IMG/VR virus record: IMGVR_UViG_3300027627_000219
Location: 1-28,686 of that record
Strand: one strand, 5' to 3'
DNA from: a virus
Taxonomy: Duplodnaviria > Caudoviricetes
DNA: 28,686 nucleotides
Below, piece by piece: positions 17,000 to 24,314 of the stretch. The position numbers and the translations under genes are program-made. Every line of letters begins with the position of its first letter. Position 1 is the stretch's first letter. The notes beneath the pieces were generated by a model. That model had not been told where the DNA came from. It saw nothing but the letters and a program-made list of their open reading frames with translations, and did not search any database.

Positions 17000-17229
17000 T
17001 GTATTCGATTAAAGCCATGTTGCAAAGCAAGACGCTCTGGTTCTCTGGGGGCGTTACGGCCCTCGGCGTTGTGGGCTGGATCAGCGACCATTCGGGAATC
17101 ATTCTTGCGCTGGCTCCCCAGCTTGGGCCGTTGCTGACGTGTATCGGCGCGGTCGGGGTTGTGCTGCGGGTGCTGACGGAAAACTCGGCATCGTGGAAAG
17201 CGCCCGTAGAAGACCGTGAAATTAAGTGA
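16999..17229 (+). CDS. holin
   Basis: SKTLWF N-terminus, two TM segments, LRVLT C-terminal motif; directly before the endolysin. Confidence 0.7.
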   Translation: MYSIKAMLQSKTLWFSGGVTALGVVGWISDHSGIILALAPQLGPLLTCIGAVGVVLRVLTENSASWKAPVEDREIK

Positions 17230-17656
17230 GCATTTCAGCCTAGAAGAACTGACCCGTACCGATCACCGCAGCCTGGACAACTCCCCAGATCCCGCTGCAC
17301 TAGCAAATCTACACCGCTTGGCGGCGTTCCTCGAACAAGTTCGGGAGGTGCTGGGCGATAAAATGGTGATGATTACGTCTGGATATCGGTCAGCCGCAGT
17401 TAATGCAGCCTGTGGAAGCCGCGAAAGCAGTCAGCATCGCGTTGGTTGCGCGGCTGATGTCATAGTGCCGGGGATGAGTCCTGACGCTGTGGTGAGGGCT
17501 GTAATGGCCTCTGGGCTGGCTTATGACCAACTCGCCAACGAGTTCAATAGCTGGACGCATCTGAGCATCCCCAACCTCGCTACAGCGGCCCCGCGCAAGA
17601 TGGCGCTGATTATCGACAAACAAGGAACAAGGCTATTTCCCGCTGATCTGGCGTAA
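17216..17656 (+). CDS. endolysin, peptidase M15A family
   Basis: LSEHFSLEEL, ITSGYRS, SQHRVGCAAD, WTHLS zinc-peptidase motifs. Confidence 0.9.
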   Translation: MKLSEHFSLEELTRTDHRSLDNSPDPAALANLHRLAAFLEQVREVLGDKMVMITSGYRSAAVNAACGSRESSQHRVGCAADVIVPGMSPDAVVRAVMASGLAYDQLANEFNSWTHLSIPNLATAAPRKMALIIDKQGTRLFPADLA

Positions 17657-17698
17657 AAAAATGGCGGCTGACCTGTGCAAGAGCCAGCCGCCAAAAAA
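17655..17698 (-). terminator. intrinsic terminator of the leftward operon
   Basis: ggcggctg...cagccgcc stem preceded by an A7 run on + (U tract on -), at the convergence of the two operons. Confidence 0.7.
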
Positions 17699-17730
17699 CG
17701 CTGCGGGTGATAGGAGCAGATCCCGCTACG

Positions 17731-18282
17731 TCAAACCGAACCTTCGACCGAATAGCTGCGGGTGGGAGTCTGCCACTCCTTATTCGGTGCTGGCGTGATC
17801 CACGACAGGTCGTGCCAAATCAACCTGTTGTTGGGGTACGCAATCCACGGGCCTGACTCTAGCGCGATGATGTGATGGTTCTTGTGCTGATCTGGCACCT
17901 CGGCCCATCCACCATTCATCCAATCCACAGTAAACAGGTAGTTTCCCTTGCGGATTTGCCCGTCCCGGCCCAACGCGGTGACCGCATGGTTTTTCAGGAA
18001 CGGCAGCGCGATCACGGTGAACTCGTACCCATAGGAATCCCACCAGCAGGACTGCTCTATCGGCAGCGGGTCGCAGGGCTTGCTGCATATCATGTGAATC
18101 GGCACTCTGGCCCATTGAGCGCCGCTGTCCAGCATGACTTGGAACATCGGTACACGCGCTGGCTCGGCGCGGAACGCAAACGCTACGGCAGGCGTAAATT
18201 CTCCATGCCCCCGCTTTTCGTCAAACAGAAATTCGTTACGGACAAAGCATTCGATGTATGGCGTGTCGCCTAGCAGAATCAT
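17731..18282 (-). CDS. conserved hypothetical phage protein (183 aa)
   Basis: RBS aagga; ECFVRNEFL...GNYLFTVDW...HKNHHII...AYPNNR pattern resembles a family seen in aquatic phages. Confidence 0.75.
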   Translation of the reverse strand: MILLGDTPYIECFVRNEFLFDEKRGHGEFTPAVAFAFRAEPARVPMFQVMLDSGAQWARVPIHMICSKPCDPLPIEQSCWWDSYGYEFTVIALPFLKNHAVTALGRDGQIRKGNYLFTVDWMNGGWAEVPDQHKNHHIIALESGPWIAYPNNRLIWHDLSWITPAPNKEWQTPTRSYSVEGSV

Positions 18283-18291
18283 ATTAGTCCT

Positions 18292-18375
18292 TTATGTGAA
18301 CAGGGCAATGCCAAAGCTTGCGACCAGGCACAGGACAAACAACGTCCAGAGCGCCCAATCGGGCCACGGTTTCAC
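18292..18375 (-). CDS. small membrane peptide (27 aa)
   Basis: MKPWPDWALWTLFVLCLVASFGIALFT; GTGA coupling, RBS aggag. Confidence 0.55.
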   Translation of the reverse strand: MKPWPDWALWTLFVLCLVASFGIALFT

Positions 18376-18692
18376 GCGGCGCTCTCCTTTGCAATAAGAG
18401 CGCTTAGGCGTTGCGCCGACACATTCTCGCCGTCCACGATTTCGCCTTCAGCTTCCTTGATGGCCTTCTCCAGCGCTTTAACTGCGGCGCGAACATAGGT
18501 CGGCACATTTGCTGCCTCTTGGTATGACTCGACAAGCCGCTTGACCCCGCCGTCGCTGATCGGCCCTATCTTTTGGCTGAGTTCATTCATCATGTTGACC
18601 ATTTCCTTAGGCGACTGCCATATTTCGCAGCGCACATAGCCAAGCAAGCGCCGTAGGTGATTGACATCGGATGTGGAAAGGTTAGTTGCCAT
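18372..18692 (-). CDS. hypothetical protein (106 aa)
   Basis: Fits operon tiling on the - strand. Confidence 0.6.
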   Translation of the reverse strand: MATNLSTSDVNHLRRLLGYVRCEIWQSPKEMVNMMNELSQKIGPISDGGVKRLVESYQEAANVPTYVRAAVKALEKAIKEAEGEIVDGENVSAQRLSALIAKESAA

Positions 18693-18737
18693 CGCTGCCC
18701 TCGCGTATGGGGGCGCTGCCTTTCAGGGTGGGGGCGC

Positions 18738-19307
18738 TCATTTCGGTAGTCCCCCTGCGTCACGATAGCGATCCACCACATCGTCGAACCGCTCACCGCG
18801 CAGCGCCGCGTCATACAGCGCCGCGAACTGGCGCAAGTTGAGTGTGCGGATGTACTCGTACCGTGCTGCGCGGTCGTAGAGTTCCGCCCCCGGCAGTTGT
18901 CTCGCCCAGTCCGGGCGATCCATCGCTGCCGTTGCGGATGGGGCGCACGGCATTGAGGTCGCCGCCCGCAGCTTTTCCAGCATCTCGTCCCGCTCAACAA
19001 CCGCCATCTGCCGCGCTTTCTCGGCCCTCTGCGCCCTGCCATTCGCTTGCGGCAGGAGCCTCTGCTTGAGGTCGGCGAGTTCGGCAACAGCAGAGCAACT
19101 GCCCGGTGTCGGGCATCCCCTCGGCTCAACCGTTGCCACCGTCTCCGACGAGAGCGCAGCCAAAGCAGCATCAATCGTGTTGATGTAGGTGCTCAACATA
19201 GAGTCGTGGCCCTTCACCTCCTCGCCTCCGTCGATTTGCTCCAGCAGCCAGCACCGGATATCCTCTAGATCAAGCCGCAAGGGTTCCCGTGGGGCAGGGG
19301 GGCTCAT
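18738..19307 (-). CDS. hypothetical protein (189 aa)
   Basis: ATGA overlap with the DUF551 gene; contains LYDRAARYEYIR, a DAARY-type motif common in phage accessory proteins. Confidence 0.6.
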   Translation of the reverse strand: MSPPAPREPLRLDLEDIRCWLLEQIDGGEEVKGHDSMLSTYINTIDAALAALSSETVATVEPRGCPTPGSCSAVAELADLKQRLLPQANGRAQRAEKARQMAVVERDEMLEKLRAATSMPCAPSATAAMDRPDWARQLPGAELYDRAARYEYIRTLNLRQFAALYDAALRGERFDDVVDRYRDAGGLPK

Positions 19308-19660
19308 GCCGCCACCTTCAACGGAGGGCATGGCAAATGCTGCCAATGGGTTACCTTCGCCTCCATTGGATCGCCGCTGACGTACAACCATTGGTCGCCG
19401 TCTACATACCCAGTCCAGACCTCGCCATCGTCCAGCGAAATCAGTACGGTCGTTTCGTCGTCCGGTAGTTGGACCGCCGCATCAAACCAGATCGTTTTCG
19501 ACAGATCGTCGAGTTCGATGAACGTGCTGGCAGCGTCAACCGCCGAAATGTGCGCCGTTACAGATTGGTCGCGGGAGCGTGTTTCGGGAGATCCGTCGAT
19601 TTGACGGACAAGGAATCTGCGAAGATCGGCAAGCCTTTCAATAATTGGGTTCGGGTTCAT
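19304..19660 (-). CDS. DUF551-family protein
   Basis: WFDAAVQLPDDETTVLI...VTHWQHLPCPP. Confidence 0.75.
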   Translation of the reverse strand: MNPNPIIERLADLRRFLVRQIDGSPETRSRDQSVTAHISAVDAASTFIELDDLSKTIWFDAAVQLPDDETTVLISLDDGEVWTGYVDGDQWLYVSGDPMEAKVTHWQHLPCPPLKVAA

Positions 19661-19674
19661 GATGGCTGTTTTTC

Positions 19675-19911
19675 CTAACGGTGGCCCTGCGCCGCATTTG
19701 AGTCCCCGAGTTGTGGACTTGAACCACAGACCTCCCGATTATTAGTCGGGCGCTCTGCCGCTGAGCTACCACGGGGGTTGGCAATCGCTTCAGCAATCGC
19801 TTGCTTTACCGCCTCCGAATAAACTGCCCTTGTTGTCGCCAGCCATTGGCTCCCGAGGTTTATCACGGCCCATTGATCGTCTTTCGGGCCAAGCAGTTTG
19901 ACTTCGATCAT
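19675..19911 (-). CDS. hypothetical protein reading through the tRNA-like element
   Basis: RBS ggag and ATGA overlap at 19908-19911; MIEVKLLGPKDDQWAVINLG... Confidence 0.45.
   Translation of the reverse strand: MIEVKLLGPKDDQWAVINLGSQWLATTRAVYSEAVKQAIAEAIANPRGSSAAERPTNNREVCGSSPQLGDSNAAQGHR
19704..19775 (-). tRNA. tRNA-Ile-like element, anticodon AAU, possibly degenerate
   Basis: CCCGTGG TA GCTC-AGCGGCA-GAGC G CCCGA-CTAATAA-TCGGG AGGTC TGTGG-TTCAAGT-CCACA ACTCGGG G; D, anticodon and T arms pair fully, acceptor stem has two mismatches, no encoded CCA. Confidence 0.75.
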
Positions 19912-20069
19912 TTTTTCTCCTTGCACTCGTAGACCTTATCCCCTGCAACACGCAGACCGGCTTTCTGGCAGTATGTTTCCCAGCTATTGCTGGTTATCGT
20001 TCCACCCAAAATGCTTCCAAGCAAAAAAGAGACAATAATAAAACACAGGATTACGGCTCCTTCATTCAT
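19908..20069 (-). CDS. small single-pass membrane protein (53 aa)
   Basis: MNEGAVILCFIIVSFLLGSILGG...; RBS aggag; coupled at both ends. Confidence 0.6.
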   Translation of the reverse strand: MNEGAVILCFIIVSFLLGSILGGTITSNSWETYCQKAGLRVAGDKVYECKEKK

Positions 20070-20218
20070 TTCTTCGCTCCTTTTTTCAGCACCTTCGGAA
20101 CCCACCGGAACGTGTCCGGCAACGGCTCTTTGAGTTTCGGAACCCTATTTTCGGGATGCAAAACCCATCTGTTGTCGAGCCATTCAATGGCGGCTGCTAA
20201 CTTTTCCTCGGTCGTCAT
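20066..20218 (-). CDS. small hypothetical protein (50 aa)
   Basis: MTTEEKLAAAIEWLDNRWVLHPENRVPKL...; RBS aggtg; ATGA overlap with the downstream gene. Confidence 0.6.
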   Translation of the reverse strand: MTTEEKLAAAIEWLDNRWVLHPENRVPKLKEPLPDTFRWVPKVLKKGAKK

Positions 20219-20226
20219 TTCAGCAC

Positions 20227-20502
20227 CTAAAACGGAATTTCGTCATCGCCGGACTGCGCCGAAACAGCGGGGCGCGAGGCTTTTGCGATCTCAACCACCT
20301 TGTCTTGGAACGGTTTGTTCGCCCAGACATGATTCCAATATTTCCCCGTTTGCTCAATTTTGCGCGATGGGAAGCTGACGAATTCGCCTTTGCTGGACTC
20401 GACCAGGCGGCATCCCTTGATCGAAAGGAACGCCTCTTTGCCTTCCGCAGAAGCCAAATCGAGGTTGAACTGCTTATCATGCCAGGTGACGGAAATGTGC
20501 AT
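20227..20502 (-). CDS. SpoVG-like nucleic-acid-binding protein with SSB-type acidic tail
   Basis: IKGCRLVESSKGEFVSFPSRK (SpoVG signature), ends DDEIPF; downstream of ERF and exonuclease. Confidence 0.75.
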   Translation of the reverse strand: MHISVTWHDKQFNLDLASAEGKEAFLSIKGCRLVESSKGEFVSFPSRKIEQTGKYWNHVWANKPFQDKVVEIAKASRPAVSAQSGDDEIPF

Positions 20503-20504
20503 TT

Positions 20505-21107
20505 TTAAGCCTTTTTGAGTTGATTAATCATTTTATCCACGGAGTCCAAAAAGGCGATCACCGCGGTTTCCAGTTCAAGAATTCGCGCTGGATCGCGTTT
20601 GTAGCGAATGATGAAAAGCTGAAGGTGCTCAGGCAAATCGGGCCTGAAACTGACGAAATCGCACCAATCTCGATTCGTACACGACATTTGCCACATCATC
20701 TGGTTTTTGTACCCCACCGGGACAATTCCGGCGATTAGGTAAGCCAGATGGGTGGCGACCTTCGGGCATTTAATCTCTACCAAGCCAGAATTGCCCACCA
20801 GACCGTCTGGAGAGGCTCCAGCGCGTTCGATAGTTGGGTGCTGGCAGAACCCTACCTCGTCCACGCTAAACCCCGTCTCAGCCTCGTATGCGCTTCGGGC
20901 GAGGGGTTCCATTTCCGTCCCGAATGCCATTGCCGCGTTGACGTAATCCGAGCCCTGCGGCTTGCCGGTCAGGATCTCAGCGACAAGCTGCGCCTGGTAG
21001 TCCCGATAACCAGCCGTTTCTGGCTTCGCTAGGACCGCCGAAACCATGCTGGCGGTGACTTTGCCAGCACGTTCAGCAAGCCACTCTGGGCTTCCCTGAA
21101 TGCTCAT
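20505..21107 (-). CDS. YqaJ / lambda-exonuclease family protein
   Basis: QGSPEWLAERAGKVTAS, GTEMEPLAR, GASPDGLV, EIKCP, QMMWQM. Confidence 0.92.
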   Translation of the reverse strand: MSIQGSPEWLAERAGKVTASMVSAVLAKPETAGYRDYQAQLVAEILTGKPQGSDYVNAAMAFGTEMEPLARSAYEAETGFSVDEVGFCQHPTIERAGASPDGLVGNSGLVEIKCPKVATHLAYLIAGIVPVGYKNQMMWQMSCTNRDWCDFVSFRPDLPEHLQLFIIRYKRDPARILELETAVIAFLDSVDKMINQLKKA

Positions 21108-21703
21108 TGGCTACCCTCGAGGAAGCCCTCGGTGCGCTGGAGAACCTCTTTGCGCTTGTTTTTTGCGTTGGTCAGGGTTGCCATGCCCATCGTGTCCTGC
21201 GTAACTTGTGCGCTCTTGTAGGCAGTCTTGAACACAACTTGCAGATCGTCCATTGACGGGGCGGCAGCAAGGGCCAGCAAGTGCTTGGTGTAATCCGCAG
21301 TAGGCTTAGTTGCGCTGGCTGCGTTGCCATCGTCATCCTCGGGCGCGACCCCTACCGCAGCCGATAGACTGTACCGCCTAGCGTATGTCAGGGCCGAGCC
21401 GTATCCCTGAGCGTCTACCTTGCTAACAGGCAGCGACAGGACACCACAGGAAATCCACTCGCCTGAAGCGTGGAGCAAGGTTGTCTCGATCCGCACCTCG
21501 TCCTTGTCGCTCGGCTCGACCGTCTGGATGTAGCTCAGTCCGTTCGCAGAAAACGCAGCGCGAATCGCTTCGACTACGCTGGCAAGATCCGCATATTTTG
21601 ATTTGAAAAACGGATTGGCAGAGTCTTTAACCGCGCCTTTCATTGCGCCCTGCGCTTTTGCCAACGCTGCTGCCAAACCCGCAATGCTTTCTGATTTATT
21701 CAT
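21104..21703 (-). CDS. erf: ERF-family single-strand annealing protein
   Basis: KDSANPFFKSKYADL, LLHASGEW, GSALTYARRYSLSAAVGVAPEDDDG. Confidence 0.92.
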   Translation of the reverse strand: MNKSESIAGLAAALAKAQGAMKGAVKDSANPFFKSKYADLASVVEAIRAAFSANGLSYIQTVEPSDKDEVRIETTLLHASGEWISCGVLSLPVSKVDAQGYGSALTYARRYSLSAAVGVAPEDDDGNAASATKPTADYTKHLLALAAAPSMDDLQVVFKTAYKSAQVTQDTMGMATLTNAKNKRKEVLQRTEGFLEGSQ

Positions 21704-21783
21704 TTGTCGCCCCAAATTAAGATTGAAAAACATATCACCGCGCCAATGGCGCAGGCGTAGCTGCAAATCTCGCTGATGCTCAT
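21700..21783 (-). CDS. small membrane peptide (27 aa)
   Basis: MSISEICSYACAIGAVICFSILIWGDK; ATGA overlaps at both ends, RBS ggagg. Confidence 0.55.
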   Translation of the reverse strand: MSISEICSYACAIGAVICFSILIWGDK

Positions 21784-22124
21784 TCGTCCTCCGAGGCGCG
21801 TTCGTTTGCGAGGTCTTGCACCATGCCGGAGTCTTTCAAGTGCGTGAGCAGAATCGCTTCGACCGAGGCGCGTTCGCGCTTAATGCGCCTCTCTAAGGCT
21901 TCGCTGTTGTCGCTAACAGAGCAGAGGTACATTTCCCAGGCGTAGCTGGGATCGCGGTTCTCCATCAGATAATCGTAAAGGTCAAACTGGGCGCGGCCTT
22001 TGCGGGGCCATTGACCGTACTCGAGGACGCATTCAACGATCTCTTCAAGCGCCAGTTCTAGTTCGCGCTCTGTTAATTCGCGACGCTGGTCTTCGTCCCC
22101 GTGGGCTTCGTTTTGACGGCTCAT
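21780..22124 (-). CDS. acidic hypothetical protein (114 aa)
   Basis: Translationally coupled within the operon; Glu/Asp-rich. Confidence 0.65.
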   Translation of the reverse strand: MSRQNEAHGDEDQRRELTERELELALEEIVECVLEYGQWPRKGRAQFDLYDYLMENRDPSYAWEMYLCSVSDNSEALERRIKRERASVEAILLTHLKDSGMVQDLANERASEDE

Positions 22125-22546
22125 GCTGCCACCGCCAGAACAACAACCTGTTGCACCGAAAACTTTGCGGTGAATTTTGCAAGTGCAATGTCGCGTTGTG
22201 CAGGAGTCAGACTCAGCCGATTTTTGCTTGCGTTGCCGTAAATCTCAACGCGCTTCACGCTAGTCAAATACCAATCTGAGGCACCGCGCTCGATCTGGTA
22301 GCTGTTGACGATGCGGCTGTACTTGTATGCAGACGGGACGTTGCCGCCAGACATACCTGACGCGGTTGCTCCGATCTGATCTTTTTTTGCAATCGACAAA
22401 TCGTTGAGTTGGTTTTGCATAGCCATTGCCAACTCGTCGATGTCTGAGTAATCGGCGGTATGAGCCAGAGGTTTGCCGTTTATTGCAACGATGGCTGCGT
22501 ATATTTTGCTGCTGTTTTCAGTACAAATTTTGATTTTCATTTCCAT
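22121..22546 (-). CDS. hypothetical protein (about 140 aa)
   Basis: RBS ggag; open frame containing SGGNVPSAYKY. Confidence 0.7.
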   Translation of the reverse strand: MEMKIKICTENSSKIYAAIVAINGKPLAHTADYSDIDELAMAMQNQLNDLSIAKKDQIGATASGMSGGNVPSAYKYSRIVNSYQIERGASDWYLTSVKRVEIYGNASKNRLSLTPAQRDIALAKFTAKFSVQQVVVLAVAA

Positions 22547-22615
22547 CTCCGTTTATTCGCTAGACTCGCTCTAGCTGCGTATTCCGAAACCCCCGCGTAA
22601 GCAGGGGCAGCGGAA

Positions 22616-22804
22616 TTAGGCAATCGAGAATCCTGCAAGTTTTATTTGCTTGACGCAATCGGGCAACTGCGACTTTCGTACATTGATCGAAGTGCAGCAT
22701 TCGCCAAATCTGCGCTGCAACTCTTTTGCTGCTTTTTCGTTTGCCGGTTCAATGGTGAATTCGGTGGCAGAAAATTCGGCGTGGATGATTAGGAAGTCTT
22801 GCAT
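22616..22804 (-). CDS. first gene of the leftward operon, hypothetical (62 aa)
   Basis: RBS ggag at 22811-22814, just downstream of the predicted leftward promoter. Confidence 0.6.
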   Translation of the reverse strand: MQDFLIIHAEFSATEFTIEPANEKAAKELQRRFGECCTSINVRKSQLPDCVKQIKLAGFSIA

Positions 22805-22836
22805 TTTGTTGCTCCGGTTGTTTGCTTCGATGACCC

Positions 22837-22865
22837 ATAGTAATTCAACTTATCTTGTCAGTCAA
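22837..22865 (-). promoter_or_regulatory. leftward sigma70 promoter
   Basis: On - strand TTGACT-N17-TACTAT. Confidence 0.7.
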
Positions 22866-22871
22866 CTCTTT

Positions 22872-22900
22872 TTGACAAATAGTTTTTAAGGGTATATTGT
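22872..22900 (+). promoter_or_regulatory. rightward sigma70 promoter
   Basis: TTGACA (22872-22877)-N17-TATTGT (22895-22900); ttgtca...tgacaa inverted repeat spans both -35 regions. Confidence 0.7.
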
Positions 22901-22906
22901 GCTCAC

Positions 22907-23095
22907 ATGAAAACACTTGACGCGGTGCAACATTTTGGGAGTCGGCGAGCAATTGCTGACGTTCTGGGAATCAGCAGGCAGGCGGTCTACGCTTGGGGAC
23001 AGTACGTTGCCAGAGGTGCAGCGTACCGACTCCAGGTGATGACCGCGGGGAAGCTGGTGGTGGATGAGGCTAAGTACAAGCGGAGGAAAAAGTGA
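22907..23095 (+). CDS. cro: Cro-like HTH regulator
   Basis: AVQHFGSRRAIADVLGISRQAVYAWG...AYRLQVMTAGKL. Confidence 0.88.
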   Translation: MKTLDAVQHFGSRRAIADVLGISRQAVYAWGQYVARGAAYRLQVMTAGKLVVDEAKYKRRKK

Positions 23096-23289
23096 GCAAC
23101 GACGAGCTGAAGGTGCTGGCGCAGGAATACAACGACATGGCAGAGGAGGGCCGCGCCATGTGGGAGGATCTAGATAAATACGCGGTACGGATGAAGGAGA
23201 TCCGAAAAATTATCGACGCGGAGAAGCCGGGGTGCTACGACGAACTTGTGCTGCTCTTTGGCGGCAAGCTGGATCTCGACCTTAAATAG
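23092..23289 (+). CDS. hypothetical protein (65 aa)
   Basis: GTGA overlap with cro, RBS ggagg. Confidence 0.6.
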   Translation: MSNDELKVLAQEYNDMAEEGRAMWEDLDKYAVRMKEIRKIIDAEKPGCYDELVLLFGGKLDLDLK

Positions 23290-23349
23290 TTGTTGCTTTG
23301 TTTCGTGTGCTTGGTTTATGCTAATAATTAACCAACAACGGAGGCAATT

Positions 23350-23586
23350 ATGGAAGCGAAGCGACTTGCAGCTGCAACGAACGGAGAAAAGTATTTCTTC
23401 GGATCTGAGTGCAGGAATTGCGGGACGACCAAGAGAACAACGATTAATAACTCCTGCATTTTTTGTTCAAACAATCGAGCAAGAATCTCAATGTCGAAGC
23501 AAAGGGAACAAATCAAACGGTTGATGAGTGAAGCAAAGTCTGAGGAGCGGGACGCGATGGGCCGGATTCGGGCGGAGTTGGCATAA
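23350..23586 (+). CDS. small C4 zinc-finger protein
   Basis: KYFFGSECRNCG...NSCIFC; RBS ggagg. Confidence 0.65.
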   Translation: MEAKRLAAATNGEKYFFGSECRNCGTTKRTTINNSCIFCSNNRARISMSKQREQIKRLMSEAKSEERDAMGRIRAELA

Positions 23587-24314
23587 TGTACGGCAAGATT
23601 TTCGACTCCATCTACACCGGAACCCTGTACGGGCAATGGGAGGCGATCGTTACTTTTCAGCAGATGATCGTCCTGTCCGACGCGGACGGGAATTTAGACA
23701 TGACCCCGCCCGCCATAGCTGCGGTTACGTCGATACCCCTAGAAATCATTCAGAAGGGCTTGGAGGTGCTTGCGGCCCCAGACCCGTACTCACGCACCCC
23801 TGGAGCAGAGGGGCGCAGGATCGAGCTTATAGACGGTCATAGACCGTGGGGCTGGCACATCATAAACCACGAAAAGTACCGGAGCTTGCAGGACGCGGAT
23901 ACCGTTCGCGCCCAAACCAGAGAGCGGGTAAGGAAGCATAGGGAGGAGAAACGGGCTGTAACGGATGGTAACGCCCAGAAACGCCATACAGATACAGATA
24001 CAGATACAGATACAGATACAAAAACAAAAGAAAAGAAACCCCGCGCCGCGTTCGCGCCGCCGGATTGGGTCGATATTGATAAATGGAATTCTTGGGTATC
24101 TATCCGCCCAGCAAAAGCTCGCACCCACGCCTCCCTAGAGGCCGCTGTTGTGAAGCTGGAAGCCTTCCGATCCTCTGGCTACAACGGCAACGAAATTATC
24201 GTTAATTCCCTAGCGAACGGTTGGCAAGGGTTGTTCGCTCCCGACAAATCCGGCGCTCAAGCGCAATCACTCTCCGCATTCATGGACGAAAGGGACAAAC
24301 GTGCAGCGAACTGA
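23586..24314 (+). CDS. phage replication initiator (O-like)
   Basis: YGKIFDSIYTGTL winged-helix-like N-part, RERVRKHRE, DTDTDT linker, C-terminal SLANGWQGLF. Confidence 0.8.
   Translation: MYGKIFDSIYTGTLYGQWEAIVTFQQMIVLSDADGNLDMTPPAIAAVTSIPLEIIQKGLEVLAAPDPYSRTPGAEGRRIELIDGHRPWGWHIINHEKYRSLQDADTVRAQTRERVRKHREEKRAVTDGNAQKRHTDTDTDTDTDTKTKEKKPRAAFAPPDWVDIDKWNSWVSIRPAKARTHASLEAAVVKLEAFRSSGYNGNEIIVNSLANGWQGLFAPDKSGAQAQSLSAFMDERDKRAAN
23986..24020 (+). repeat. (GATACA)5 hexanucleotide repeat in the initiator linker
   Basis: ataca followed by gataca x5 (23991-24020), then an A-rich tract. Confidence 0.9.

Noticed and set aside
18682-18741. 19-codon ORF with agcgccccca direct repeat
   Set aside because: Probably a deletion remnant; too short to support a function.
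19704-19775. tRNA as a prophage attachment site
   Set aside because: Lies mid-operon with phage genes on both sides; no integrase or duplicated 3' end in the window.
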